Below, in pieces: positions 12,544-25,074 of a stretch of 64,000 nt of DNA. The stretch is from the human T2T-CHM13v2.0 reference genome, Homo sapiens. Position numbers and translations under genes: made by a program. The stretch lies in NCBI RefSeq assembly GCF_009914755.1, contig NC_060934.1; one strand, 5' to 3'. How positions within the stretch are numbered: position 1 is the stretch's first letter; each line of letters opens with the position of its first letter. A model generated the notes under the pieces. The model was not told the origin of the DNA, did no database searches, and was given only the letters and a program-made list of their open reading frames with translations.

Positions 12544-14901
12544 GTCTAGACAGAGCCACCGTATTCCATGGCTCCTTAAAATCCTCACTGTGGGCCGCAT
12601 GCTGTTCTACTTTTCCCTTGCTAGGCGAAGGGAGTCAGCACTCCCTTCACCACCACGCACACCTAGAATCATGAAATAGAAGTGGGATGTTTGCCCACCA
12701 TTTCAACAATGGAGAAATAATAAAGCAAGTAAATTGGGCCTCAAACCCTCCAAAAGTAGGAGAAGAGATGGGCTTTGTAGGATTCTCTTTTCGAGAGAGA
12801 TTACTTGGGGACAATTGGGCTATTTCTGAGCTCTCCCCAACAAGTGCTAAGATTGGTTCAAGAAGCAGAAGTTAGATGTTTTATAGTGCATAAACATTTC
12901 CTTACAAGTAAACTCAAAGACTCTTAAAATTCTCAGGTGATAAAAACCTGAATATATATTCTTAAGGTAGATTTGTTCTCAATTCCAGCAGGATTCCTTG
13001 TCACTAGCAGCTGCAGAGCCCATGGATACAGCAACCATATAGTCTATTATGCACACCTAGACTCTTCTAAGAGTCAAAGAGGGCATTGTTAATAATTACA
13101 AAGAAAAAGGAGGGTATGGGCATAGGATTAGCCCACCAGTAAGGAGTGAGGAACAAGGTGAAATGCACACTCAGGCATGCTACCTCTGCTCTTGCCTTAG
13201 GGAGTCACCTCACTTCTACTAAGTTCTGTACGATGTATCTTGGCTATGTAGGTTGGGAACTTTCAGCAGGTGGTTGAGGGTGTGTCCACTTGCGTTCTTT
13301 CCTTTCTGATTGTCCACCAACCCGCAAGACAAAAGAGGAAAGATGTTTTCCCAGAGGGCTGGAAATTGCGTTTGTCCACTCATTTACTCTAATCACCTGT
13401 CACAGGTAGCCCACTGCCAGCAGCAAATGCTAGCTTGTTTCGATACAGTTTCTTTGACATGGGCACAGGAGTGAGTCAGATGTCAAAAGCTGACCCAGAC
13501 GTGCTCATTGCCTAGTTAAACATCACCAGTCTTCATCAGATATTTGCCTCAAGCTCTAGTCCTGCCTAAGTCAGATGACCAAGGTTAGCTTTCTCTCCCC
13601 TGGGGATTGCCTACTAGCTCCTCCTGGAAGGGGCACCTTGAAACTGGTCCTTTCATGCTTCTTTTTCCTAGGCCAAAAGATACAAACTGGCAGTTGACAA
13701 GATAGAAATGGCCTGGAAAGGCAATTTACTTGATCCATATATGTTGTTGGACCATTGTGTAAAAATTAGATGCTTTCACATAAAAATACAAATTCCAGAT
13801 TACACTGAAAAAAAATTTTTTTTTCAAATCAGAGGATCAGGCAACACCACCAGGACTATCTGGTAAGGGATGGGAGGCAAGGAAGAGTTGGAGAAGCACG
13901 GAGTCGTGACGGGAGACAGGAGACAATAGGGCCATGGAAACTGAAGGGGCAAGAGAAGCCAGGTAGGGGTGTCAACACCACAAGTGCCCTTGTACATGTC
14001 AAGGAGGTATGTTGGAATTTTACTAGCTAGATGTGTAGAAGACAGCAAGGGCTTAAAAAGGAAAATGACAGGACTAAAATTAGAGAGTAGACTAAACAAC
14101 GAGATGAGACTTCAAAATTAACATCCACTTACCTAGTGGCTGTGAAAGTTAGAATTTAGCTACAATAAAAGGAAGGTAACCTTTGGCAGCAGCAAGAGAG
14201 TTGCTAATGTAAAGAATGAATGTGCCAGAATAAGGGCACAGTCACAGCAACATCACAGAGAAAATCAGAAGCGTTCAAGTAGGAAGTTTAGGGAGAGAGG
14301 CTGGCTGGAGAACGGATGGGATGGTCTTGGGCGTCAATCAGTTTCACAGCCATATCATGCATCCAAAGGACACGGACATCATCAGCAGGCACACGTTTAC
14401 CACCGTTTCTAGAAGGAACACTCTGGAGATCAGGCTGTATTTGAGAACTTTCAAAGAATCCACAAAATCTGTGCTCTGATAAAAGAAATAATTTTCTTGT
14501 CAAAAAAGTAAACTAATATTGTTTGAGCAACTGTGATAAACTAGTGGAGAAAACACTTTTTATAAACTTAAATATATAAAAATATAACAAAAAGCACCAA
14601 GCTTAAAGAAATCTTTACAAAAACCCACAGAATCTCCCTAGAATATGAATATTTACTAAATAAAAGGAGAGCAATAGCTAAGAAGCAGACCTACATCTCC
14701 AAATGCTTGATCAAATTTGGAAAGCTGTGGGTCAATAATAAAAGCATGAACTGTAGGTTCATACATTTATGTAAGGTATCGTTAAGCATTTTAATAAGTT
14801 GCTATATAAAGTCAGAAAACAATAATTGTTCGTATAATGAATTATGTAGGAAACTGTTTTAAATACAAATCAAACACATCAAGAGTATGTTCAATTTTTG
14901 G

Positions 14902-14907
14902 TTTATT
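14902..14907 (-). terminator. GPAM: Distal polyadenylation signal AATAAA
   Basis: TTTATT on the + strand; a GU/U-rich downstream element (TTGATGTGTTTGATTTGTATTT on -) follows ~20 nt later. Confidence 0.8.
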
Positions 14908-15591
14908 AAAACAAAACTACATTTTCTGTGTTTCTTGCAATACACTAACAAGCATAAAAATCAATCAGCATTTCCAAGTATGTTTTGCTCACAAAATCGC
15001 AGTTATTTCACAGTACCTTATAGTAATTCTTTTCACGAGTCTTAACATTTCTTTGTACAACAGGCAAATAGTTTAATACCTTCCATCAAGACATTTCAGA
15101 GCTCTAGACGTTTAGAAATAAGGTCAAGAATCTCTTTCAAATGCAATCATTAGTTTGTATTAAACTAAAATGCCAGACGGCAAGTCTCAGGTTTCTAAAA
15201 TAGTTTTAAAAAACAGGTTTACAGCCCATAGTAAGTCTTAGAAACCTCAACGATAGGTCCTGTCATGTCTAAACACTACAACTATCTGTGGATAAAAATC
15301 TGCATTCAAACGTACAATACTTTCTTCTAGATCTGAATTAAAACCTTATTTACCCCAATTCATCCATGTATTCTGATACGTTCAGTGAAAAAGCCAGGAT
15401 CATTGGGGCTGTTCTCTCTATCAAAGGAAAGAGCTCCGATCACCTACATTATAATTTTCTGTGCTTATTTTCTGCAGGGGAGGAAATACACATCTATTCA
15501 ACGCCACACTGGACGTTACAAAATGCATGCATATTCTGCCCCAGTGCTATCTGTTCATTACCGTTTTGTCTCCTTAAAGAACTATCTAACA

Positions 15592-15862
15592 TAGTGTTTC
15601 CCAAAATGTTCTCCACAGGACATTAGTGAGAGGTTCATAAGTATCCCAAAGGAGAAAAAGGTCCTGGTGTCAAAATAGTTTGGGCAATGCTGGGTTAGAC
15701 AGTTTTTCACTACCGGATGCCAAGCCCTTACTGCGCTAAAGTGCATTGTAAGTTTCCAGGTGCAAACTTGGTTTCCCAGCAACACCATTTCTATAAAACA
15801 CTGATGAACATCTCACAGAGCACTCATATTACATGGAGTGCTATGGGAAATGCTTTTCCCCA
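15592..15862. mobile_element. hAT-Charlie-like DNA transposon remnant in the 3'UTR
   Basis: tagtgtttcccaaaatg...gtttgggcaatgctgg...ctatgggaaatgct termini resembling Charlie/MER TIRs. Confidence 0.4.
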
Positions 15863-17489
15863 TCCAGGTTACTGGCAATTCCACAATTTGGGCTTACATT
15901 CATTGTAATCCCAGAAATATTTTCTCCATTTACCCTCATGACTTTGTGAAATTTAACAGATTCCAGAAGGAAGACTCGAAGCCGTCTCAGTTAACAGTTC
16001 TACACATTTCCCACTAGTTTTTGCCTTTGTTTTTCATGCATTTTCAGAGTGCACAACTTCCCTCCTCTCTTCTGAATCACTTAGGACATTCTCATTTTCA
16101 AAAACAGACTGCAGTTTCATGTTGTTTAATATTGTTTTTTTTTTTTAACTTGACCACAGTCTTCCCCTGAAGAAGGGCATGCATTTCATGTTACAGAAAT
16201 GCGATAGAGTAAACTGTAATAAATTATTTACAAGCACCTAGTTTGTTTAACCTTATGTGGAAGCCATCACTGTTGGAAAACAATGAGAATGTATCTTTTA
16301 GCAAAACGGTGCTATCTGGAAGCTTCATTGTGAAGATGCTTTCGTTTTTTTGTTTTTTGTTTTCAGTCATGAGGCACTGAAGAATGAGTTGTGCTGAAAT
16401 TAACTCAAAGGTCAGCTTGTCTGGATGAGCATAACTTTGGTTGAGATTTTTCTCCCTTAAAAAAGATTTTCAAAGCACCAGTTAATTACAAAAAGCATGC
16501 ATATTTATCCTCACAGTGAGTTAAGTGGTGAGAGAGCTAGCAAATCATACATTGCATTCCCCAAAGCATCTGAACGTACTTCTAGAAAACAAACCAACCA
16601 AAAGGGAAAATAATGCAAGAGAAGCCGTATTTTCTTTGCTTAGGTTGGCAAAGCAGCAGCTCTTTGCAGCAATGACAGGCAGGGCAGAGTGTCGACTGGG
16701 AAGCGAGTCCCAATCTTGAATAATGGTGAGCTTGAGTAATCCTTAATTTACAATTTAAAGGATGAAAAAAAGAGACTAGTGAAATGTTTGCTTCCCCAGA
16801 TAAGGAACACCCAAGACTCCCTGGGTATCCTCCAAATGTAGCCAAGAAAAGTGTTCTTCTACCCTAGTCAGTAAAATGGAATGCTAAAACATGATATCTC
16901 ATTCAACATCAGAGCTACTACAACTGACAATGACTTCATGGTATACATCAATTCCTATAAAGAAAAAATATATTTTAAATGCAGAACTTGAGAGGGATCA
17001 CAACAGCATAGCATTATTGCTATGAGTTTCAAACATGGTATTTCATACAATGTGAAATATCAATCAGCATCCCTCCCTCTCCCAAAACACACATTACTCA
17101 TGAGATACTATCAGTGTTTAAAATCCAAGCTTATGGAAGTACAAACTTAATTCTCAGTACTTTTATACTAAATTCAAAGAATCTATGTAACACTCATCTG
17201 GAAAAATTCTTAATTCCATAATATCTTGGAGATAAGCAACAGTAAACTGTTAGAAAACGTTTTAACATTACATGATATTTAAAAAATCACCATAATTACC
17301 ATAATAAACCAATAATTATGCTCCCTGCTCACAAAAGGCACCTACCAATTATGAACAGACCATTTTTCATAATTATTTACCACTATGTGGCATAAGGGTT
17401 TAGGCATATAACCCATAAAAATTTGTTAAAAGTCATGGTTTTTCCTCAAAGCTAAAAATCCATAAATGCCTCTAACCATTACCAGTCAG

Positions 17490-17602
17490 TAGGGCCACCA
17501 CATGCATATACTGGACAGGTTGTGCACGGCACAACTCGAGTGGGTACCAGTCACCTGGACTGGGGTGCAGTACACAATCTGTGTGCAGTACAGAAAGCCC
17601 TC
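17490..17602. mobile_element. MER91-like (hAT-Tip100) MITE remnant in the 3'UTR
   Basis: agggcc...caggttgtgcacggcacaac...gccct, resembling the MER91 ggttgtgcactgcacaa signature. Confidence 0.5.
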
Positions 17603-18281
17603 ATCAGCTGTGGCCAGAGAACTGTATTCTAACAGTCTGTCAGCTCAAGCTAATCAAGTTAGGAAAACTGCTATTTGGTTGGAGGATTTCCAAGAAACAG
17701 CTGTACCTGTGAGAGGCAGGTATTACCTGAGGGGTGGACGAGGTACAGACATAAAACAGGAAGGGTTCTAAATATATTTGCTGGTCATTTGAAACTCAAT
17801 GGCACTTGTTTATATGAGCAAAAGCCTTCAACACCAGTTTTCTGGCCAAGTTTCCCTAGAATTTTGCCAGCCAAATTAACTTCCTGATGTTAACTATTTG
17901 ATTACAATATCTCAGTTCCCGACCTAAACTAATATTGTCTGTTTTCACATAGCTCTTAAAAACATTTCTAAATCTGACAGCAAAGGACAGCACAGTGATA
18001 CCTGGGTGTGATATATATCAGTCCACTCAATTTATAAAGCACTTTGGGATAAAAGGTGCTCCCATTAAAAATGTAGCTACTATTGACAGATAAAACTGAA
18101 AAAGAGTGAATGGATGACTCAATTATTTTTAAAGGAAGCATTAACCACTAACCAGATAATATACCAACAAATTACCCAGCAGCACTAAGTATACCATGTA
18201 AGATTCAGTTCCAGAACACAGCTACATTTCTGTGTCCATCACAGTAATTAGTCCTTAAAAGTTGTACTTAAAATGTCAATC

Positions 18282-18307
18282 TTTAATAAACTCAAAAATA
18301 ATTTATT
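18282..18307 (-). terminator. GPAM: Candidate proximal poly(A) signals AATAAA and ATTAAA
   Basis: AATAAA at 18307-18302 and ATTAAA at 18287-18282, ~270 nt after the stop. Confidence 0.5.
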
Positions 18308-18570
18308 GAGATTTCATCTTGTAGTCTACGGATTATGAGTTGCGAATAGAGGCTGAGGTCCCCCCAAGTGTTATCTGCAGGCTGCTGTGTTGATGCAGAG
18401 CTGGGAAGATCACAGATCCATGGAGGGAGAAGGCACTTGTCTTCCAGGAGATCACTTCGGGACAGGGCAGGCCTGACCCTGCGACGGCACCTTCAACTCT
18501 TGAGCCAGAAGCTGGTACCTACAAGGAACTCATCTCATGACCTTCATTTGCCAGCAGTGCCACACGTTAC

Positions 18571-18687
18571 CTACAGCACCACAAAACTCAGAATATATTC
18601 TAGAAGTTTTTGTCGGTTGCATTGAGGTAGAAAAGTGCTGCTCAGTTCTAAAACAGACACTCTCTTTTGTTTGGTCTCCTTGAAAAC
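18571..18687 (-). CDS. GPAM: GPAM exon 22, coding part including TAG stop
   Basis: 117 nt; VFKETKQKRVSVLELSSTFLPQCNRQKLLEYILSFVVL*. Confidence 0.97.
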   Translation of the reverse strand, partial: VFKETKQKRVSVLELSSTFLPQCNRQKLLEYILSFVVL

Positions 18688-19144
18688 CTAAAGAAAAGGT
18701 TTAGATTAAATTAAAGGCAAAAAATAAAAAATAAAAAAAATTTCCATTACCAACCTGACCTGTGGTGTCCTAGACCTCAGAAGGCAGTAAAGGCACAAAA
18801 AACCATATCCTGGCTTTAAGTAAATGTATGCCTGGGTGTGTGTGAGCATGAGGTGGGAGTTTCCAATGCAAACAAGGTTTCCTTTTTCTATTTTTTTTTT
18901 TGTTTTGATGGAGTTCAACCAACATTAACTATATTCTAAAATTTCAACCAACATAACTATACTCTAAAATGACTTAGAATAAAGTCACAAACAGTCCCTC
19001 ACAAAAGGCCGCTAGTATCTCTATAGAACTTACATTCCCCATGAATCATGAAGGTAAAGGACACCTGAGGATACTTCTAGAAATTCTTGTAAAAATACAA
19101 GAAAGTAACTAAAAATCATATGGAATAATTAAGAGCCAAGATTG

Positions 19145-19364
19145 TGGTCCTAATCCCAAAATCAAAAATCTGAAGTACTCCAAAATCTGAAAGATTGTGA
19201 ACATCAATATGATGCTCAAAAGACATGCTCATCAGAGCATTTTGGGTTTTGGATTAGAGACGCTCAACCTGTAAGTCTAATGCACATATTCCAAAATCCC
19301 AAAAAAATCTGAAATCCAAAACATTTCTGGTCCCAACATTTTGGATAAGGGATATTCAACCTGT
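19145..19364. mobile_element. Tigger4/MER46-like DNA transposon
   Basis: ccaaaatctgaa...ccaacattttggataagggatattcaacctgta terminus. Confidence 0.75.
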
Positions 19365-19647
19365 AGCACCTTGAAACATATTGATACCAGTTATATATAG
19401 CAGCTTGGGAATAAATGTGAAACCAGTAAAATTCCAGAACATTCAAATAAATCTACACTGATGGGCTTCACCTTCAACATAGCCCAACCCATCCTACATG
19501 CCCCGTTCCCAAAAATGCCTTTATCATTAAGCCAGCAGAAACTGCTTCTCTCGGGGTCCACCCCACCACAAAGGTAGCTCAAACAGACTAGATCTAAAGA
19601 GAACAGAAGTTGAGATAGCTTTTATACCATAAATGGTGGACACCTAC

Positions 19648-19706
19648 CCCAATATCCTTAAACATTTTCACAGCATTCTTCACAAGACAATATGTGGCAC
19701 TCTCAG
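19648..19706 (-). CDS. GPAM: GPAM exon 21
   Basis: 59 nt; ESATYCLVKNAVKMFKDIG. Confidence 0.97.
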
Positions 19707-20329
19707 CTGAAGAGAGAGAATAAAACCCTGTCAAATGGTTACGCTCAACAAATCATGACAATCCCAGCAGCCACAGTAAGAAAGTATGGGGAGCTAGGAA
19801 GAGAATGAGGGCAAGTCAGCAGACAAGGGTGGGGCCCCACTTCCACCACTGGCAACCTGTGAGTTCTCAGATGACTTGCTGTTAAACCTACTTTGCTTAC
19901 ACCTACTTTGTCCTATATTGAGGTAAATAAGAAAGGGAAGGGGAAAGAAAAGAGGGTGTAGAGAGAGAAATAGGGAGAACAGAGGGAAGTAGAAATACCT
20001 AAAACATCCATTTTCCAGGACTGTTGTGAGAATCAAATGAGATAGTGTATAAATACTCTTTAAGCTACCCAGTGGTACACAGATGATTGTACATCAGTGG
20101 AACCAGAGAAAGCACAGGCCTCGAGGTTAGGAAACAAGAATTCTGATCCCGAGATTACCCATTAATTAGCAGTGTGACCTGGGGTATTTTCCTCAACTAT
20201 AAAATGAGGTGATTAGATTAGATTCCTTTTGGCTCTAAAAAGTGATTCAAGTAGTTTCAGCTCCAAACTACAACTGTATAAAATAGTACTCCCACCCCAA
20301 TCACACCTCCTAAAACAAAGAAGACGGAG

Positions 20330-20850
20330 CGCTGGCCAAGATGTGCAGCAAGTGAAACACACACTGTTGTGGGAGTACAAGTAGGTATAATCCCTTGGAA
20401 ACTGTTTGGTGGTATCTACCAAAGCCGAATATACCCAGAGCCTACAACCAGGCAATTCTGTTCCCACATACATGCTGTATATAGGGGCACAGATATTCAC
20501 CAAAAGACATATTCAAATATGCTCATAGCAACACTGTTCAAAGCAGCTGTGAACTGAAAACAACCCAAATATCCATCAACAGCAGAATGAATAAAATGTG
20601 GTAAATATTTATACAATGGAACACTACACAACAAGAACAAAGGAACAACTATATGCAACATGTATGAATCTCAAAAATAACGTTACGTGAAAAAAGCCAG
20701 ATGTAAGAGTGTATAACTGTATCATTCAACTTATATAACATGCCAAAGAAGATAATAGTAATACTCTACGGTGTTAGAGGTCAGGATAAGTTTGCATTTT
20801 TCCAATTTTCTACAATTAGCAAATTTCTGAAATCCAAAAAAAAAAAAAAA
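20330..20850 (+). mobile_element. L1ME-like fragment
   Basis: aacaacccaaatatccatcaacagcagaatgaataaaatgtggta...gaatctcaaaa L1M 3' motifs. Confidence 0.7.
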
Positions 20851-20883
20851 GATTTTAAAAGAATAAATAGTGACTTAACATAC

Positions 20884-21073
20884 CATATACTGCAACATTT
20901 CTTTCTGTTCTGGTTATTAGGTATTTGTGCAACTTTTGCAGATACTCAGGTTCTGGAACAGGACCACTGAAGTTGTGAACAAAGATGGCAGCAGAGCTGT
21001 AGGCCTCCAGCAAAGGCCCAAGGAGTCTCTGTAAGAAGGTGATAAACTGCTGGTGCTCCTTGGATTGGCTCAC
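20884..21073 (-). CDS. GPAM: GPAM exon 20
   Basis: 190 nt; VSQSKEHQQFITFLQRLLGPLL...RNVAVY(A). Confidence 0.97.
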
Positions 21074-22268
21074 CTGAGTGTGCAAAAGCAGGAGATGAAG
21101 TCATGAGGAAGGGACAAGAGACACAAGGCAAGTGGACAGAGGACTTTCTCTGGAGAGCCAGTAACGTGAGAAGATGGCCACTCACATCAGCACTACATGA
21201 AAGCGGCCCCCTGCCCCTCATGCAGAGAATCTCTGCTGGAAACAACTGCTGGCTTTCAAACACATTCTTTATTGTAATCATTCACTTTTTTATGGTATTT
21301 GAGGCTTGTGTTCATTGAACAGCCACCTAGAAGAAATTTTCATAAATGAATGCCCTACTTGTGATACGCTGTCATCACTAAAAATAGCCGCTCCTAAGAC
21401 CAGGCCCTCCATGGTTTGAAGCCTGGGCTCAACAGTCACTCAAGTCTGCAGAAAGACCAATGGGAGACCACCAAGATTATCTCACTCCTTCTGCAGCACC
21501 TATTCCCTGCCTCCCCTAAATGGCCTTTGCCCACAGTCCAGCACTGTGGGGAATGATGGCCACCGTGACGGCAGTGCTTTATGGCCGAGAGGCTCTCACT
21601 GTACCTACCCAAAACACACTGGTTCGGTCAAGCCCCTCTGGAGTGTGAAAGCAAGATCACTGCCCCATCTTGAAACTAAACTAATACCACCCAAGTGAAA
21701 AAGAAGACAATTTCTAAATGTCAAAAAAGAGTAATCCTCTTAGAGTATTCAGAAAAGACGGGTCATTATTACTAAGTTCTAAAATTATAAATTAGACAAA
21801 ATTGATTTTTCTAAATCAGGGACTTTTTTTTTAATCTCAATTTTCTCCTATAATGGTATTTGTTTTAATTGACAGCAAAGAGCTTAATATATGAAATTTT
21901 GGGAGGGACAGCAAGAGTGACTCAAAAAGAGCAGCCAGGTCAGTGGCAGCTCAATAGCAAAACTGCTGCCTCATGAGGGGTGCAGGTGTAGGTAAACAGG
22001 TATGCACCTGTGTATTTCATAAAAGGATGGTGAAAGTCTCACCTATGACATTCATCTTCCTGACTTTTCAGACTCTCCTTTCCTTTTCTACTTAAACTGC
22101 TATTAATTCAACTCAAACAGTTTGAGTGTCTTTACCACACAGAAGGTACCAGAGCTAGTTGGGGGATTCTTTAGATAAGAAGACATCACCAGGACTCCAG
22201 CTGATCTCACTGCAGCATAAACCTCAACATATCCCTGTAATATCCACCAGAATTCTTCACCCAAGTAC

Positions 22269-22409
22269 CTTCAGGTAGCAATCTCGCTGTTCCTCCCCAA
22301 AGTCACTGTCTTCATCTTCTTCATCACTTCTCCAAGACAAAGGTTCAGGAAGCTTCTTGTCCCACTGCTGCTCAGCAAGACTAGGACTGATATCTTCCTG
22401 GTCATCGTG
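22269..22409 (-). CDS. GPAM: GPAM exon 19 (acidic segment SDEEDEDSD)
   Basis: 141 nt; HDDQEDISPSLAEQQWDKKLPEPLSWRSDEEDEDSDFGEEQRDCYLK. Confidence 0.97.
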
Positions 22410-22963
22410 CTAGGCCAAGGAGATGATGGATAGTAAATAAATATGCACTGGCACACAAACAACTGCCCAGTGGAGCCAGGACAAGGCAGTCCTCTTCTCT
22501 GACCCTTCCTGGCTCTTCTCTGTTTAGCCACTCATAATGTCAGTCCACTTCCCTTCCAAACTCAAACTCAGTCAGGAGACAGCAGGAGACAAAAGAAAGG
22601 GCAGGTGGGAGGGGAGAGCTACCAGAAAGAAAGATCAAATAAAAGTACCCCCACATGTTCTAAATTGATATGTACTTTTCCAGGCCATCTCCTCTACACT
22701 AAATCTACCAAAATTAAAATAGAATCTCAAAAATGAAAACTGCAGATGTGCAAGCTGCAAGCATACTGATAGGTGTAACATCTCAACTTAGCATACAAAC
22801 TTCTGGATGTCACGGAATCAAGTCAGGATATGTTTTAGACAACACAACTTACAAATAGGAACCAAAATATTAAATAATCCCAAAGGACACTTATTCTCCC
22901 CATTCTTATTTTTTGCTTCTCTACATCTGAACATGACTATATACCAAATGTAATTATTGGTTT

Positions 22964-23250
<287 letters not shown>

Positions 23251-23335
23251 AATTATTGGTTTAAATAAGTTGTAGAAAAGGTAAGGGAATGAAGAGTAAG
23301 TATAAAGACAAATAAAGGAAAGCTCTACCTCTTAC

Positions 23336-23413
23336 CTCTGCCACTGTAAGAATGCCATACTGGATAAACTTTCCTACTGTTTCATGGCAGACTTGGTAAA
23401 ATGTCTGGCAAGG
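23336..23413 (-). CDS. GPAM: GPAM exon 18
   Basis: 78 nt; PCQTFYQVCHETVGKFIQYGILTVAE. Confidence 0.97.
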
Positions 23414-24161
23414 CTGAAAAGAAAATTCATTTAAATATAAATGCCACCATTTTATACTTCTTTTTTTAAACGCAGAAAACATGGTACAAGGTAGCTGCCA
23501 AAGCCTTCCATTCTGTTACCTCCATCACCCCACTGAGCAAGTCCTGTGATTCCCAGTGCCCACTGTCTTGATACACACACGGTCATGGACAAAGCCCAAG
23601 AAAAGACCTCTGTCACTTAAAGTTGGCAGAGCACCCAACACTGCACCACCTGCAAGGGGTACTCCTGAGCTCAATTCTCTCCCCACACCCACAGTGTGGA
23701 AAGCCCTCTGAAGACTGCTTATCAGCCCCCCACCATCTATTTCTTTTACTTTATAAGACAATTTCTCTGCAATAGTTATCTTATAATAAATACTGTACAC
23801 AAAAGTGGTGATTGAGGAAAGGCAACATTGGAATAAGTAAATAAATACCAGAGAAAGGACAAGGTCAATCTTGGAAGTCTTATCTGCCCTCATCCCTTCC
23901 ATCCCACCACCCAAGGTTCATGCAAAACAGATTCCCCAACAGGACCACGAGCACACCTCACACAAAGCATGGCATGGAGGGGGCGGTACTCCTAACACAT
24001 GCACTCATCTCGTCAACATCTCAAGACACATTCATACAAAAGAAAATATCGGAATTCAAATAAAATATGAATTCTACATGTTGATGACTTTGAGAAGAAG
24101 GAAATCTACTACTTAATACATATGTCTCATGATAAATGCCTAAAAGTGTTTGGGTATATAA

Positions 24162-24543
<382 letters not shown>

Positions 24544-24931
24544 GAGCAGATGATTTTTAAGGCTGCTTCTGACTCTTACCATCTGTGGTTCCATCATCTA
24601 CAGGTGGGTGTGTTAATTATTTACAAACCACTGACCCAGTGCCTCACACACAATACGTGCTCACTAGCTTTGGATGTGACTGCCTGAGAACATTGAGCAA
24701 TCTGTCCTATCATGGCTCATAGCTGCAGGATAGATTCAGTGGAGCAGTGACCCAGAGAGCAAACCAAGATAGTAAATGACATATTGGTTTGGTGGTCACT
24801 GAAATCCAGGAGTGGAATATAAAGTATCAACAATGGGTCAAACATTATCTAACAGAAAAACACGGGGGGTTACGTTTTCATGAAAACGCTCAAGAAAAGA
24901 GACCAGGCAACACTGAAGGGTCTTCACTCAC

Positions 24932-25074
24932 CAGTGAGATGGTGCCTTCATTGGAGAGAAGGTAGCACAGGCTGGCCGCCTTCCGCACCAGCTGCTCCTG
25001 GCTGATCAGGTTAGGTGGGGTGCTAGTGGGACCCCCCAGTCCCCTCTTGTTCAGAACTGCATAAAGGCTGCAAG
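24932..25074 (-). CDS. GPAM: GPAM exon 17
   Basis: 143 nt; CSLYAVLNKRGLGGPTSTPPNLISQEQLVRKAASLCYLLSNEGTISL. Confidence 0.97.

Larger units (their letters stand above)
14884..18570 (-). other. GPAM: GPAM 3'UTR (~3.7 kb; end approximate)
   Basis: AT-rich, Alu-free segment from the stop codon to the AATAAA at 14907-14902. Confidence 0.8.

Noticed and set aside
15834-15840. miR-122 7mer-A1 site
   Set aside because: A single weak site type inside a probable TE remnant; likely chance.
15366-17887. Plus-strand ORFs antisense to the 3'UTR (15366..15626, 17502..17771)
   Set aside because: Short, no promoter or splice support, no recognisable homology; one overlaps a MITE remnant.
18913-18970. Small 28-30 bp local duplications (also ~36700-36755, ~61363-61420)
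   Set aside because: Ordinary slippage duplications with no functional cue.
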